DNA of 34,505 nucleotides from Octopus bimaculoides (GCF_001194135.2 NC_068997.1:50801361-50835865); one strand, 5' to 3'. Positions 11,583 to 23,782 are shown, numbered from the stretch's first letter. Notes: a model not told the origin generated them from the sequence alone. Numbers and translations are program-made.

Positions 11583-12659
11583 CTACAAACCAGCATTAAA
11601 AACGTCAATGATTTCAGTTTTATAATCGTGAAGATTGCAGTCAATTAACTTGACTGCAGCACATGAGATTTGAACTTGGCACACTGTGAAAAGAAGGTAT
11701 TAAGCCATTCAATAAAGCGCGATGCTACTTTAATAACAGGAAAACAGCAGCAGCAGCCGCCGCCACCGCCACTTAACCATAATCCGCTCGCCATAGAACC
11801 GATAAAGTAATATATCTTTGAATCACTAACAGTTTAATACTGGGATTAGTGTCACGAAATTTAGTGTTCATAGCAGTCACAAGCACATATACACGGTCCT
11901 ATTTTTTTTACCATTTTTCTCCCTGATATGTTCCCGCCAAAATTTCCCGCTAAACCATTGAAAACAAATGATAAACTGCACAAACCTAATACAATCTAGT
12001 TATCCCCTTAATCTCTTCAATCTTGGCGGTTATTATAACAAGGAAATAAACCCCTTTTATAAACGACAAATATCATAGTGACAAGAACATCTAGCTTAAA
12101 GAAGAAAAGAAAAAAGAAAAAAAGGGGGAAAAACCAGTTATTTTAGCGAAACTAATTAGAGGATTACAACATAGACATTAACCGAAAATCTGGGTGGGTA
12201 ACAACCGGGCGGTTATGGTGATGCCGGAGACGTGACAGTAGTCAGGTATACCTCCCACTTCTTAACACCATCTCCTCTTACCTCAACCAGCACTACGTCT
12301 TTATTTCGCTAGTACAGCTATCATTATGTCTATTATTTTTTTGCTGTACTTCACTGACGTGTATTCATTGCACAATATTTTCACCTAATTTGTAACTAGT
12401 AACACAAACAGTGTAACTAGAGAGAGAGAGAGAGGGGGGCGTTGTAGTAGCGTGACAGACAATCTGCAATAAATGCACACACTGACGTGCATATATTGAT
12501 AGCATAACCGTTGCTACTGCAGCAACAAGTTGCAGTTAATGACATGTCAGATTTCTGGTGCAGAATGTCAAATTTCGGTTACTTTTCACGCTTCTTTTCT
12601 TTCTTTTTTTTCTCTCGAATTTGATTTTCTCAAATTCGTTATTATCAATTATTACACAA

Positions 12660-12945
12660 GGGGCGGTAAACTGGCAGAATTGTTAGAGCGTCAGAAAAGA
12701 ATACCTTTCTCTATGTTCTGAGTTCAAATCTTACCAAGGTCAAAATTTGTCTTTCATACCCCTGGGCTTGATTAAATACAAAGCACCAGTCAAATTCTGG
12801 AATTGATGTAATTTACTAACCATCTCCCTTAAAACTGTTGGCAGAATCGTTAGAGCATCAGAAAAATGTCTTTTTTATTTTTTCCTTTTGTTTCTTTATG
12901 TTCTGAGTTCAAACTCAACGAAATCAACTTCGTCTTTCATTCTGA
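12660..12945 (+). mobile_element. Two tandem SINE family B copies
   Basis: tggcagaattgttagagc...tgttctgagttcaaat occurs at about 12672 and again at about 12839. Confidence 0.75.
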
Positions 12946-13479
12946 GAAAGGATTATTACTATTTTTATCATTATGCTTTTGCTGTTGGTTAGTGTTTGAC
13001 TTCATTAATTTTTTTCCTCAGAATATTCATAATTAAAATATTTGTTACATGCCTGATGTCTGTTTGCAATAGTAGTGTTTTTATTATCATTTTTATCATT
13101 TAATTAAAGTAATTAATTCTCACTCCATTTTAAAAAACAAAAAACAAACTAAAAATTTTGTTAAAACATTTTATAGCCTTTTGCACGTTTGACACCTCAT
13201 TCCAGCAGGTTGATTAATATTTCACAATATATTAGATTTACAATTTTACGTGTATAACTATTTTTACAAGCCAAGTAGATTTGATTAAATTGTTTAGCAC
13301 GTTAAAAGAACCAGCTTTATTTGAATGTTTCAGGATGTTTTATAGTTTTGGTTTGGTTTGACCTAATTTATAATAGTGTCAACTGAACTGAGTGATGCCC
13401 CACCTGCCATAAAAACAAACGGATAAAAGAAAAACGAAAAAGATTCAAGAGAATACGAAGCAAAAAATTCAGAGAGAAG

Positions 13480-13830
13480 CAGAGACTTTGTGTCTCAGTA
13501 CATGGGAGCACTGCAATGCAAGGATACCAGCCAAGAGCATAGTAAATGGTACTGAGTTTTGGCCTGTTGATGCCTTTGTAATGAAACACAGGTTATAAGT
13601 GTACAGGTAATGAGAAATGGTAATAAATATATAGTCAGGGAAGTGAGCATGGACTTGCAATTCCTTATAATTCCTGAGGTTCCTGGGGCTATTCCAGAAA
13701 TGTACCCAATTGTAAGGCCAAAATCAAAGGCGATAAGACTCATGGTGCGAAGCAGAAGACCTTGCTACACTTGTGGCAGCAAAAAGCCACGGGAAGGATT
13801 GTTGATCCAAGGAGATCAAAGAAATCATAG
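13480..13830 (+). mobile_element. Decayed retroelement ORF1/gag-like fragment with a degenerate zinc knuckle
   Basis: Frameshifted reading ...EFWPVDAFVMK / TQVISVQVMRNGN...IPEMYPI...IRLMVRSRRPCYTCGSK. RP-CxxC-G resembles the start of a CCHC knuckle; the expected His and Cys are absent. Confidence 0.5.
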
Positions 13831-14199
13831 AAAGAGACAGAGAGGGAGAAAGAGAGTAATGGTCAACAGAAATAACAGTAAGTCTCACAATATAAATACA
13901 CATATATATATATATATATCTACTTAAACACATGTATACACACATATGTACATACATACAGAAATACACAAGTACATACGCACTTGCATTAAACAAACAC
14001 AGCTGTCACTTGCAAGTGGTTAAGAAGTACAAGTGACAGGAAGTACAAATGTTTTGCCAATTGTTTTAAGCAGCTATGCAGTGGTGAACAGACACAGACA
14101 CTCCACATTAGCCCTCCTACCCTGGACCTGGCAGAATATGGAGTATGTAATAGCTGAAGGAAGTAAGAGAGAGAGAGAGAGAGAGGGAGAGAAGCAATA

Positions 14200-14340
14200 C
14201 CAGTCAGTACTCATTTCAGTTAAGTAGACTGAAGCAACATGAAGTGAAGTGCCTTGCTCAAGGACACAATATACCACTAAATCCAGGAATTGAACTCCCT
14301 ATCTTATGATTGTAAACCAAACATCTTAACCACTAAGCCA
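14200..14340 (-). mobile_element. SINE family C head
   Basis: gtgccttgctcaaggacac...ggaattgaac...cttaaccactaagcc. Confidence 0.7.
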
Positions 14341-14378
14341 GGAATCCAACACTTTGATCACATGCTTTCACATATACA

Positions 14379-14424
<46 letters not shown>

Positions 14425-14838
14425 AATATATGCCTTTGAAATGTGGAGTAGATAAAACAGGGGACAACTGATGAAGGGAATGTTCTTTATGTTGCCTGTC
14501 ACGTTTCTCTATTTGTTTCTTTCGTTGTTCGAAAAAAAGTTCGTTTTCTATGATTTTGTTTTTCATGTTCTTTCTCATTTTGTTGACGTTTTTTTTTATG
14601 TCCTGTACCCATATATGCACGTATATATACATATATATGTAGGTATGTACATATATGCATGTATATATGCATATATTTATATATTATTTATATTATTATA
14701 TATAAATATGTATATATATATATATTTATTTATTTACAAACACATACAAACTCATGCACACATGTAGGCATGTATATTTATAGTAATACTACAAGATAGA
14801 ATTTATATTTCCATTTGAAAGTTCACACAGCAGCTAGA

Positions 14839-14873
<35 letters not shown>

Positions 14874-15121
14874 TGCTATTCAATAGAGATAGGTTGAAAA
14901 TTAACATATCAATATGATAAATTGATAGAATTCAATGAGAATTTACATATCAATGGTCCAGATCATTGCTAAATCAATTCCTTGCATGCTTCTGAAAACC
15001 ATTGATGAGAGAACATCAGTGGAATTTAACATGCAGTAGAGCAGTGTCAGTGAGAATGTGTGTGTGTGTGTGTGTGCACACACACACGCACGCGCACACA
15101 CGCACGCGCACGCGCACGCGC

Positions 15122-15161
<40 letters not shown>

Positions 15162-15163
15162 TC

Positions 15164-15452
15164 AAGGCGGTGAGCTGGCAGAAACGTTAGCACGGCGGGC
15201 GAAATGCTTAGCGGTATTTCGGCTGCTGCTACGTTCTGAGTTCAAATTTCATGGCTTGATAACCATTGTTGGTTTGTTTGTGCCCCCATACACAAGTTAA
15301 AAGGACAGCAAAGAGAGATTGACAGAATAAATATCAAACTGAGAAGAAAAAAATCCATTTCTAGTGGCCACTGTGATAAACTAAATCCTTCATAGCCATG
15401 CCCCAGGAGGGGTCACAATCTAACAGCCAAAACCAGTGAAAGAGTAAAGGAT
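15164..15452 (+). mobile_element. Chimeric SINE: family B head plus degraded family A tail
   Basis: Near-consensus B head ggcggtgagctggcagaaacgttagc...gagttcaaat switches to cttgataacc...gacagaataaatat...gactaaatc-like A tail. Confidence 0.65.
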
Positions 15453-15665
15453 TAATGGTTTAGTCCTATGGATAGATGACATAGGGAGAGCTCATAGGGA
15501 TTAAGGTAACGATAATCCGGAAATTTTCTGAAGGAACACAACAAAGAACAGCCTCGTCTGGTCACATAAAGCAGTAAATATTTATTTGCTGGGATAAAAA
15601 AGGAGGATTTAAACATCACAGCCATATTAGTGTTTTGATGGATTGACATAACTTTCATCCCTTAG

Positions 15666-15713
15666 GTTTCTGTTGATCAACGGATTATAACTGGCCACAT
15701 GGAGTCTCAACAC
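15666..15713 (+). CDS. Candidate 48-nt symmetric exon: VSVDQRIITGHMESQH
   Basis: Acceptor cataactttcatcccttag|GTT and donor CAC|gtaaga; only frame 0 is open. Confidence 0.4.
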
Positions 15714-15924
15714 GTAAGAGATAAACGAGAGAGGATATGAAAGGAAGAAACGGTATATTTAGTTTTGATTTGAAGGCTTTTCAAGGATTGTCACATCATC
15801 TGTGTTCTGTACGAATGCTTATTATAATGATACTGTCTAGCTATCTTTTTTTTTGGGGGGGGGGGGTGTTTTCAGATTAAATGGTTTGATGGATGGATGG
15901 ATGATTCCCAGACTGGGCGTTGTG

Positions 15925-16208
15925 AGTGTTTATTGGGCGAAAACACCTAAAGCTCCACGAGGCTCCGGCAGGGAGTGCTGTACTTTCACCATAACTTTCT
16001 CTCATTCTTTTTTCCTGTATCTGTTGTATCTGTATATCAAAAGGCAAGCCTTGTCACACTCTGTGTCACACTGAATCTCCCTGAGAACTATGTTAAGGGT
16101 ACACGTGTCTGTGGAGTGTTCAGCCACTTGCATGTTAATTTCACGAGCAGGCTGTTCCATTGATCGGATCAACTGGAACCCTCGTCGCCGTAACCAACAG
16201 AGTGCCAC
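15925..16208 (+). mobile_element. Interspersed repeat or SINE body, family D
   Basis: aagggtacacgtgtctgtggagtg...cacgagcaggctgttcc...ggaaccctcgtcg. Recognised from memory as a common octopus repeat; only one copy is in this window. Confidence 0.5.
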
Positions 16209-16261
16209 TTATTATATGCCAACAAAAAACATTTATATATATATATATATATATACACATA

Positions 16262-16320
16262 CATAGATTGTCATTGACTTACGACCACAATTGGTTCCGA
16301 CTGACTGGTCGTAAGTCGGC
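16262..16320. mobile_element. Tc1/mariner (Tigger/pogo-like) terminal fragment
   Basis: agattgtcattgacttacgaccacaattgg resembles Tigger-type ends (...GACTTACGACC...); contains a perfect internal 12-bp inverted repeat. Confidence 0.45.
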
Positions 16321-16837
16321 CTATCGGCCTACATAGCTATGTTTTATATTTTTACATTCTTAAGGTACATTCTCAGGTAAAAGTCACACACAGCATTCTG
16401 TATTATAGTATTATGGCGTTAGTCAAAAATTTCGGAGTCTCAAGCAGTCACCTTATGAACAAATACGAGGATGCCTCGATGTCTCTGCGACAGGATAGTC
16501 ATCCAACACAGTGACAATTGATAACCAAACCTGGGGGAAGCATTTGTTAGCTGACGTCATCTGTAGATGGGTTAATTTCTAAGAAATTAAACCCATTAGA
16601 TTTCAACTGGACTATTTATTATTGCTGCCAGGAGCTGGTGCACCAACCGTTGTGAAGGCGATCGGTTCTAAGTGGGATAGGTTGTAAGTGGACAACGACC
16701 TGTATGTGTGTATGTATATATGTATACATATTAGAGAAAAAAATTGTAATTTGGAATCAGTAGTTCTTTGACTGCTATTTCTAAAATTCTCAGTATGTTG
16801 GAGAAGCAACTCATGCTAATCCCTGTATATTTATGAT

Positions 16838-16897
<60 letters not shown>

Positions 16898-17124
16898 TGT
16901 ATGTAGATGCAAACAGGAAAAATAGAATTCAAAATATTAGGATATATATATATATTTTTATTAATAGTAACAGAGTGAATTAAGGTCTAACAGTTTCATG
17001 TCTGCATAAAACTCTCAAACCTTGAGTCACACTGTTACTTCTGCTAAATGTATAAAAAAAAACAATATATATATATACAAACACAAGCACAAATATACCT
17101 TATAATTCTTATAATTAACAACTG

Positions 17125-17356
17125 TTAACATTTTATTACCATATTTCTGATGAAATTTGCTGCCTTTGTTTCAATTAAAGTCGAAAATAATGAAGAATTT
17201 AGTAAAATAACTTTGCCATTATTAATCTGCCATTTGGAACATAAATTAACACAAAATTTTAATGAAAGGTTTTAATTGAGATTACTTTCAAACAGGAAGT
17301 TTGTATTGTGGAACCATCGATGATGGTCTTGGGTGGGTTGGTATCAAAAGGGTTAA
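17125..17356. mobile_element. piggyBac-like MITE flanked by TTAA
   Basis: Right end ggtatcaaaaggg-TTAA (reverse complement TTAA-cccttttgatacc); left end TTAA-cattttattacc is a decayed match. Confidence 0.65.
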
Positions 17357-17621
17357 ATTCTTTACAGTGTTTTTGGTTCAATGGATTTATTCTAAAGCAT
17401 TCTACCAAAATAATTAATCATATTCTGAAATAAACAACAAGCAGGAATTGAAACCCAACCCCAAATTTTATAGGTCAAGTGGAACATTATGTTTTATTCT
17501 ACAGTTCTTTTGCAGAACTACAAGAATTTATGATGAATTTTGTTTGGTAGACTAGCATGTTTGATGTGTGTGTTTGAGTGAAAGAGAGTGAGAAAGAGAG
17601 ATACATATATTATGAAAGAAA

Positions 17622-18495
17622 NNNNNNNNNNNNNNNNNNNNNNNNNNNNNNNNNNNNNNNNNNNNNNNNNNNNNNNNNNNNNNNNNNNNNNNNNNNNNNN
17701 NNNNNNNNNNNNNNNNNNNNNNNNNNNNNNNNNNNNNNNNNNNNNNNNNNNNNNNNNNNNNNNNNNNNNNNNNNNNNNNNNNNNNNNNNNNNNNNNNNNN
17801 NNNNNNNNNNNNNNNNNNNNNNNNNNNNNNNNNNNNNNNNNNNNNNNNNNNNNNNNNNNNNNNNNNNNNNNNNNNNNNNNNNNNNNNNNNNNNNNNNNNN
17901 NNNNNNNNNNNNNNNNNNNNNNNNNNNNNNNNNNNNNNNNNNNNNNNNNNNNNNNNNNNNNNNNNNNNNNNNNNNNNNNNNNNNNNNNNNNNNNNNNNNN
18001 NNNNNNNNNNNNNNNNNNNNNNNNNNNNNNNNNNNNNNNNNNNNNNNNNNNNNNNNNNNNNNNNNNNNNNNNNNNNNNNNNNNNNNNNNNNNNNNNNNNN
18101 NNNNNNNNNNNNNNNNNNNNNNNNNNNNNNNNNNNNNNNNNNNNNNNNNNNNNNNNNNNNNNNNNNNNNNNNNNNNNNNNNNNNNNNNNNNNNNNNNNNN
18201 NNNNNNNNNNNNNNNNNNNNNNNNNNNNNNNNNNNNNNNNNNNNNNNNNNNNNNNNNNNNNNNNNNNNNNNNNNNNNNNNNNNNNNNNNNNNNNNNNNNN
18301 NNNNNNNNNNNNNNNNNNNNNNNNNNNNNNNNNNNNNNNNNNNNNNNNNNNNNNNNNNNNNNNNNNNNNNNNNNNNNNNNNNNNNNNNNNNNNNNNNNNN
18401 NNNNNNNNNNNNNNNNNNNNNNNNNNNNNNNNNNNNNNNNNNNNNNNNNNNNNNNNNNNNNNNNNNNNNNNNNNNNNNNNNNNNNNNNNNNNNNN
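17622..18495. other. Assembly gap (others at 18751-18760, 19173-19660, 21138-21640, 23974-24378, 28511-28571, 32373-33319)
   Basis: N runs. Confidence 1.
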
Positions 18496-19716
18496 GTGTG
18501 TGTGTGTGTGGGGGGGGGGGTTATGTTCGATTGTTACAATGTGTGGGCACATATGTGAGCGTGCTTGCGTGTTGCAGTGTATGGATGTATATATGTATAT
18601 GTGTGTATATATGTGTGTGTGTGTGTGTGCTGCAGTGTGTAGGTGTATCTGTGTGTTGCAAGTGTGTGGATGTATATGTGTGTTCTTTAATTTTTTGGGT
18701 GAGTGGGTGTAGATGTGTGGGTGAATGTATATATATATATATATATATATNNNNNNNNNNGTATATATATATATATATATATAGATATATATATGTATGT
18801 GTGTGGGTGTGCATATATATATGTGTGGGTGTGGGTGTTTTTCAGCGTAAGCGTATGTATATATATATATATATATATATATACATACACACACATACAT
18901 CTGTGTATGCTTGTTTATACAGTATGTGAGAGTATATGTGTGAATGCTTGTGTGTGTGTGTGTATGTGTGTGTGTGTGTGCTTGTATGTTTTGGGTAGTG
19001 AATTGTTTGAATTAATGTATACATGCATATGCATATATGTACATGTGTGTATACATACATGTCTACACACATATACATGCATGCATCCACACGTTTTGGG
19101 GTGAATAATCTAGAGTCACTTGCACGTTTACAACTAGGCTGACTGACACACAGACATGTAGCACAATCGTATNNNNNNNNNNNNNNNNNNNNNNNNNNNN
19201 NNNNNNNNNNNNNNNNNNNNNNNNNNNNNNNNNNNNNNNNNNNNNNNNNNNNNNNNNNNNNNNNNNNNNNNNNNNNNNNNNNNNNNNNNNNNNNNNNNNN
19301 NNNNNNNNNNNNNNNNNNNNNNNNNNNNNNNNNNNNNNNNNNNNNNNNNNNNNNNNNNNNNNNNNNNNNNNNNNNNNNNNNNNNNNNNNNNNNNNNNNNN
19401 NNNNNNNNNNNNNNNNNNNNNNNNNNNNNNNNNNNNNNNNNNNNNNNNNNNNNNNNNNNNNNNNNNNNNNNNNNNNNNNNNNNNNNNNNNNNNNNNNNNN
19501 NNNNNNNNNNNNNNNNNNNNNNNNNNNNNNNNNNNNNNNNNNNNNNNNNNNNNNNNNNNNNNNNNNNNNNNNNNNNNNNNNNNNNNNNNNNNNNNNNNNN
19601 NNNNNNNNNNNNNNNNNNNNNNNNNNNNNNNNNNNNNNNNNNNNNNNNNNNNNNNNNNNNCCTGAAATTTGGGGTTGATGCAATCGACTAGTCCCCATCC
19701 TCCCCAAATTTCAGGC

Positions 19717-19747
<31 letters not shown>

Positions 19748-19770
19748 TATTATTACTATTATTATTATTA

Positions 19771-20182
19771 AGAAGGTGAGCTGGCGGAATGGTTAGCACG
19801 CTGGATGAAATGCTTAGCGGTATTTTGCCTGTCACTACGTTCTGAGTTCAAATTCCGCTGAGGTTGATAAAATAAGTACCAGTTATGTACTGGAATCCAT
19901 ATAACTGACTCATCCCCCAAGCTGCCCTTGTGGCAAAAATTTGAAATAATTATTATTATCATTACAATTTAGGTGATGAGCTGGTAGAATCACTAGCACA
20001 TCGAACAAAATGCTTAGCAGTATTTCACCTATCTTTATGTTCTGGGTTCAAACCCTGCCAAGGTTGACTTTATCTTTCATCCTACCAGGGTCAATAAGAT
20101 AAGTGCCAGTTGAATACTGGGGTCAATGTAATTGCCTTACCCACTGTCCCTTAATTTCAAGCCTTAAGCTTATAACAGAAAG
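19771..20182 (+). mobile_element. Two tandem SINE family B copies, each after an (ATT)n run
   Basis: ggtgagctggcggaatggttagc...gagttcaaattcc, then ggtgatgagctggtagaatc...gggttcaaaccc. Confidence 0.85.
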
Positions 20183-20224
20183 GTTTATTAGAAATTTCTT
20201 ATAAAATATTATATTTTTTAATGT

Positions 20225-20706
20225 TACAATGGACAGGTAGATGGATGAACAGACAAACAGGTAGGATGGCAGGTGGATGGATGGGTATAAAGGTGAGAGA
20301 GTGGTAGATAAATACAGAGATATGTAGAGAGATCTAGGCAGGTAAAGTAGGTAGGTGGAAAAAAAGTAGGCGGTTTGTGGGTAGGTATGCTGGTGAGAGA
20401 GTGGAAAATAGATATGTAGAATGATATAGGCAGGTAAGTTAGGTAGGTAGAAAAAATAGGGGGTAGGTGGGGAGATAGAATGGCAGGTGGGTAAATAGGT
20501 ATGCAGGTGGTTGGGTAGGTGATAAGTTATGTGGATATGTAGGCAGCTTGACAGATGGGCAGATAGGTAGATAGACAGATAGGCAGGTAGGATGGTAGGT
20601 AAGTAGATGAGGGTGGAGGGTAATAGGTAGAAAGGTAGGTGAAATGAGGGTTGGATAGGTACATGGATTACTGGATGAACGGATGCAATCAATAGAATGG
20701 AAGACA

Positions 20707-20790
<84 letters not shown>
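20225..20790. repeat. Degenerate (GGTA/GATA)n array followed by (TA)n
   Basis: Direct reading. Confidence 0.85.
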
Positions 20791-20801
<11 letters not shown>

Positions 20802-21726
20802 TGCAAAACATAGACATATATACATACATGGAACACCCCCGCACAAAACAAACACCTTCACACATATATAATGAATACATGTAAAATGTATACACACACA
20901 CATATATATACATATATATACATCAACTGATACATAATACACATACATATATATACACACACACATGCACACAATGCACCCACATGAATGTGTACATGAT
21001 ACACCCATGCATACGTAAGATACACACATATATATACACAATACTTACACACATGCAAAATACATAAATACACATATACACATGTGTACACAAACACACA
21101 CTGCATATACGCATATATATATATATATATATATATANNNNNNNNNNNNNNNNNNNNNNNNNNNNNNNNNNNNNNNNNNNNNNNNNNNNNNNNNNNNNNN
21201 NNNNNNNNNNNNNNNNNNNNNNNNNNNNNNNNNNNNNNNNNNNNNNNNNNNNNNNNNNNNNNNNNNNNNNNNNNNNNNNNNNNNNNNNNNNNNNNNNNNN
21301 NNNNNNNNNNNNNNNNNNNNNNNNNNNNNNNNNNNNNNNNNNNNNNNNNNNNNNNNNNNNNNNNNNNNNNNNNNNNNNNNNNNNNNNNNNNNNNNNNNNN
21401 NNNNNNNNNNNNNNNNNNNNNNNNNNNNNNNNNNNNNNNNNNNNNNNNNNNNNNNNNNNNNNNNNNNNNNNNNNNNNNNNNNNNNNNNNNNNNNNNNNNN
21501 NNNNNNNNNNNNNNNNNNNNNNNNNNNNNNNNNNNNNNNNNNNNNNNNNNNNNNNNNNNNNNNNNNNNNNNNNNNNNNNNNNNNNNNNNNNNNNNNNNNN
21601 NNNNNNNNNNNNNNNNNNNNNNNNNNNNNNNNNNNNNNNNCCGCCCCGCCCCCTCCACCCCCACCGCTAAATATGGAAGCAAAAAGTCCAATTCAGCTTT
21701 AGCACACACACACACACACACAGAGG

Positions 21727-21992
21727 ATCATCATCATCATCATCATCATCATCAATGCCATTGCCTGCATCAGCACTAGCATCATCATCACCGATATCAC
21801 CACCACTACCACCACCACCACCACCGACATCATCATAACTGCTATCGCAGTCATCATCATCACCATCAATCACGACTATTATTAACAACTACTGCCAGCA
21901 GCAGCAGCAGCACTACTATCATCATCAGAATCATCAGCACCACCACTGCTAACACAGTTTTCACCACCACCACCACCATCATCATCATCATA
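21727..21992. repeat. (CAT/CAC/CAG)n triplet mosaic
   Basis: Direct reading. Confidence 0.9.
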
Positions 21993-22549
21993 ATCTGCAG
22001 TTGTTTCACTTGTGACACTCACTAACCCATCTGGGTGCATGGCACAATTGTGACGTTAAATAAGATGAAAAGTAACATTTCTGTGAGTTATACTAAATGA
22101 TCACCATAGGCAACCGATCATCGCCATAATTTTTTTTCCTAATAATGTGATTCTGGGTTCAATCCCACTTAGTAGCACCTTAAACAAGGTTCCCCCCAAC
22201 CCAAGGTCCTGTAGAAGGAAAAACAGTTCCAATGGACCCCAGAGCCTTGGGTTATCTAAGAGCAGCATTTCCCATAGAGAGGACCTATGAAGATTGAAAA
22301 AAGGGTTCGGGCAGACAAATCCTTCCATCCATCTATTTTCTCTGTCCATTATTCCTGGGAGGGCCACTGTTGTGGTACAATCCACAGGCAGCTCCCCCAC
22401 GCCCCCGAATTGTCATAAATAATAAAATGAAGAGGGTTTCATATTTGTAATCTCGTCCAACACCAAGGTGAAGAAAGAACAACGATATGGGTGCAGCGTT
22501 TCTATGAAAGGGGGAGGGAAGCGGGGTGGGGGGAATGATTTTGAGGGGT

Positions 22550-23040
22550 GGAGGGAAGGGTGCTGGTGTTTGTCAGTTTTAGGAAGTACTGGACCCAAGC
22601 TTAGGGAGTTAATATTGGCAGATGGAACCAATGTGGAATTTCATTGGGAAGGACCATTCTGATCTTAAATGTGTCCATTAAACATCACCACCAGGTTTTG
22701 GGGTCTCTTTAGTAGGATCCACTATATTGCAAACAATTGGATTGTCTTTAGACCAGGTCCCTAGTCTGGGGGTAACATTTGCCCTTGCTCCCAATATTTT
22801 GTCATTACTTCCACCAGGTGTGACAATTCTGACAAGAGTAATGGGGGCTGCCCTTACTCCAACCAGCTGCCAAGGCTCTCAAAAGGGTAATAAGGGCTGC
22901 TATCCCTCCTGTGAGTTTGAGGCCCTGAAAGAGAGTCATAGGGACTATCTGCCACTAGTTCAGAAGTCTCTAAAAAAGGAGTCACAGGATTTGCCTTCCT
23001 TCCCAGCAGTTTTAGAGGCTCTGAAAAGATTCATGAGGGC
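22550..23040 (+). mobile_element. Possible decayed retroelement ORF1-like fragment
   Basis: Balanced-GC unique stretch with broken frames ...LILADGTNVEFHWEG / RTILILNV / LLPPGVTILTRVM...GCYPSCEFE; only a weak gag-knuckle resemblance. Confidence 0.3.
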
Positions 23041-23706
23041 TGTGTGTGTATGTGTGTGTGTGTGTGTGTGTGTATAAAAACCAGCAGTGTGAATATGTTT
23101 GCCAACGTGAAAGAACACGAAGTGTTTATCACCCCCTAAAAACATCACCAGTTGTCTGTTAGAATTCCTGGTTTCAGAATTCCTGTAATTGTTAGCAGAA
23201 GACATTCTTGTCAAGTTGTGCGAAGTTAGCCTTGTGTTAGACGCTGTCAAAGACGGCCCCACACATACACACACACACGGATATTCCAACATTTAGACAA
23301 ACTCATACATACACAAATGAACACACACACACACATACACACATATACTCAAGCTCATACATATTCAATATTTTTCATTCAATTATTCTTTTTGAACATA
23401 TGTAAGAACGTTTGTATTCCCCTCTCTATACGTATGTATATATATATATATGAATATATATATGTATAACTGTGTGTGTTTCCAAATAGGTGGGTGTACA
23501 AAAATAATTTATGCCTATATACTAACATGTGGGTGTACATGTAGAGATATGAAGGTATATATATATATATATATACATACATGCAGGTGTCAAGTGACAT
23601 TAACTCAGGAACCAAGAGTTTTGTATGATACACACAAAACTGTGTACATAAACACACACATACCATATATAAATATATATATATATATATATACACGCAT
23701 GTAGCA

Positions 23707-23742
<36 letters not shown>

Positions 23743-23747
23743 CACAC

Positions 23748-23782
<35 letters not shown>

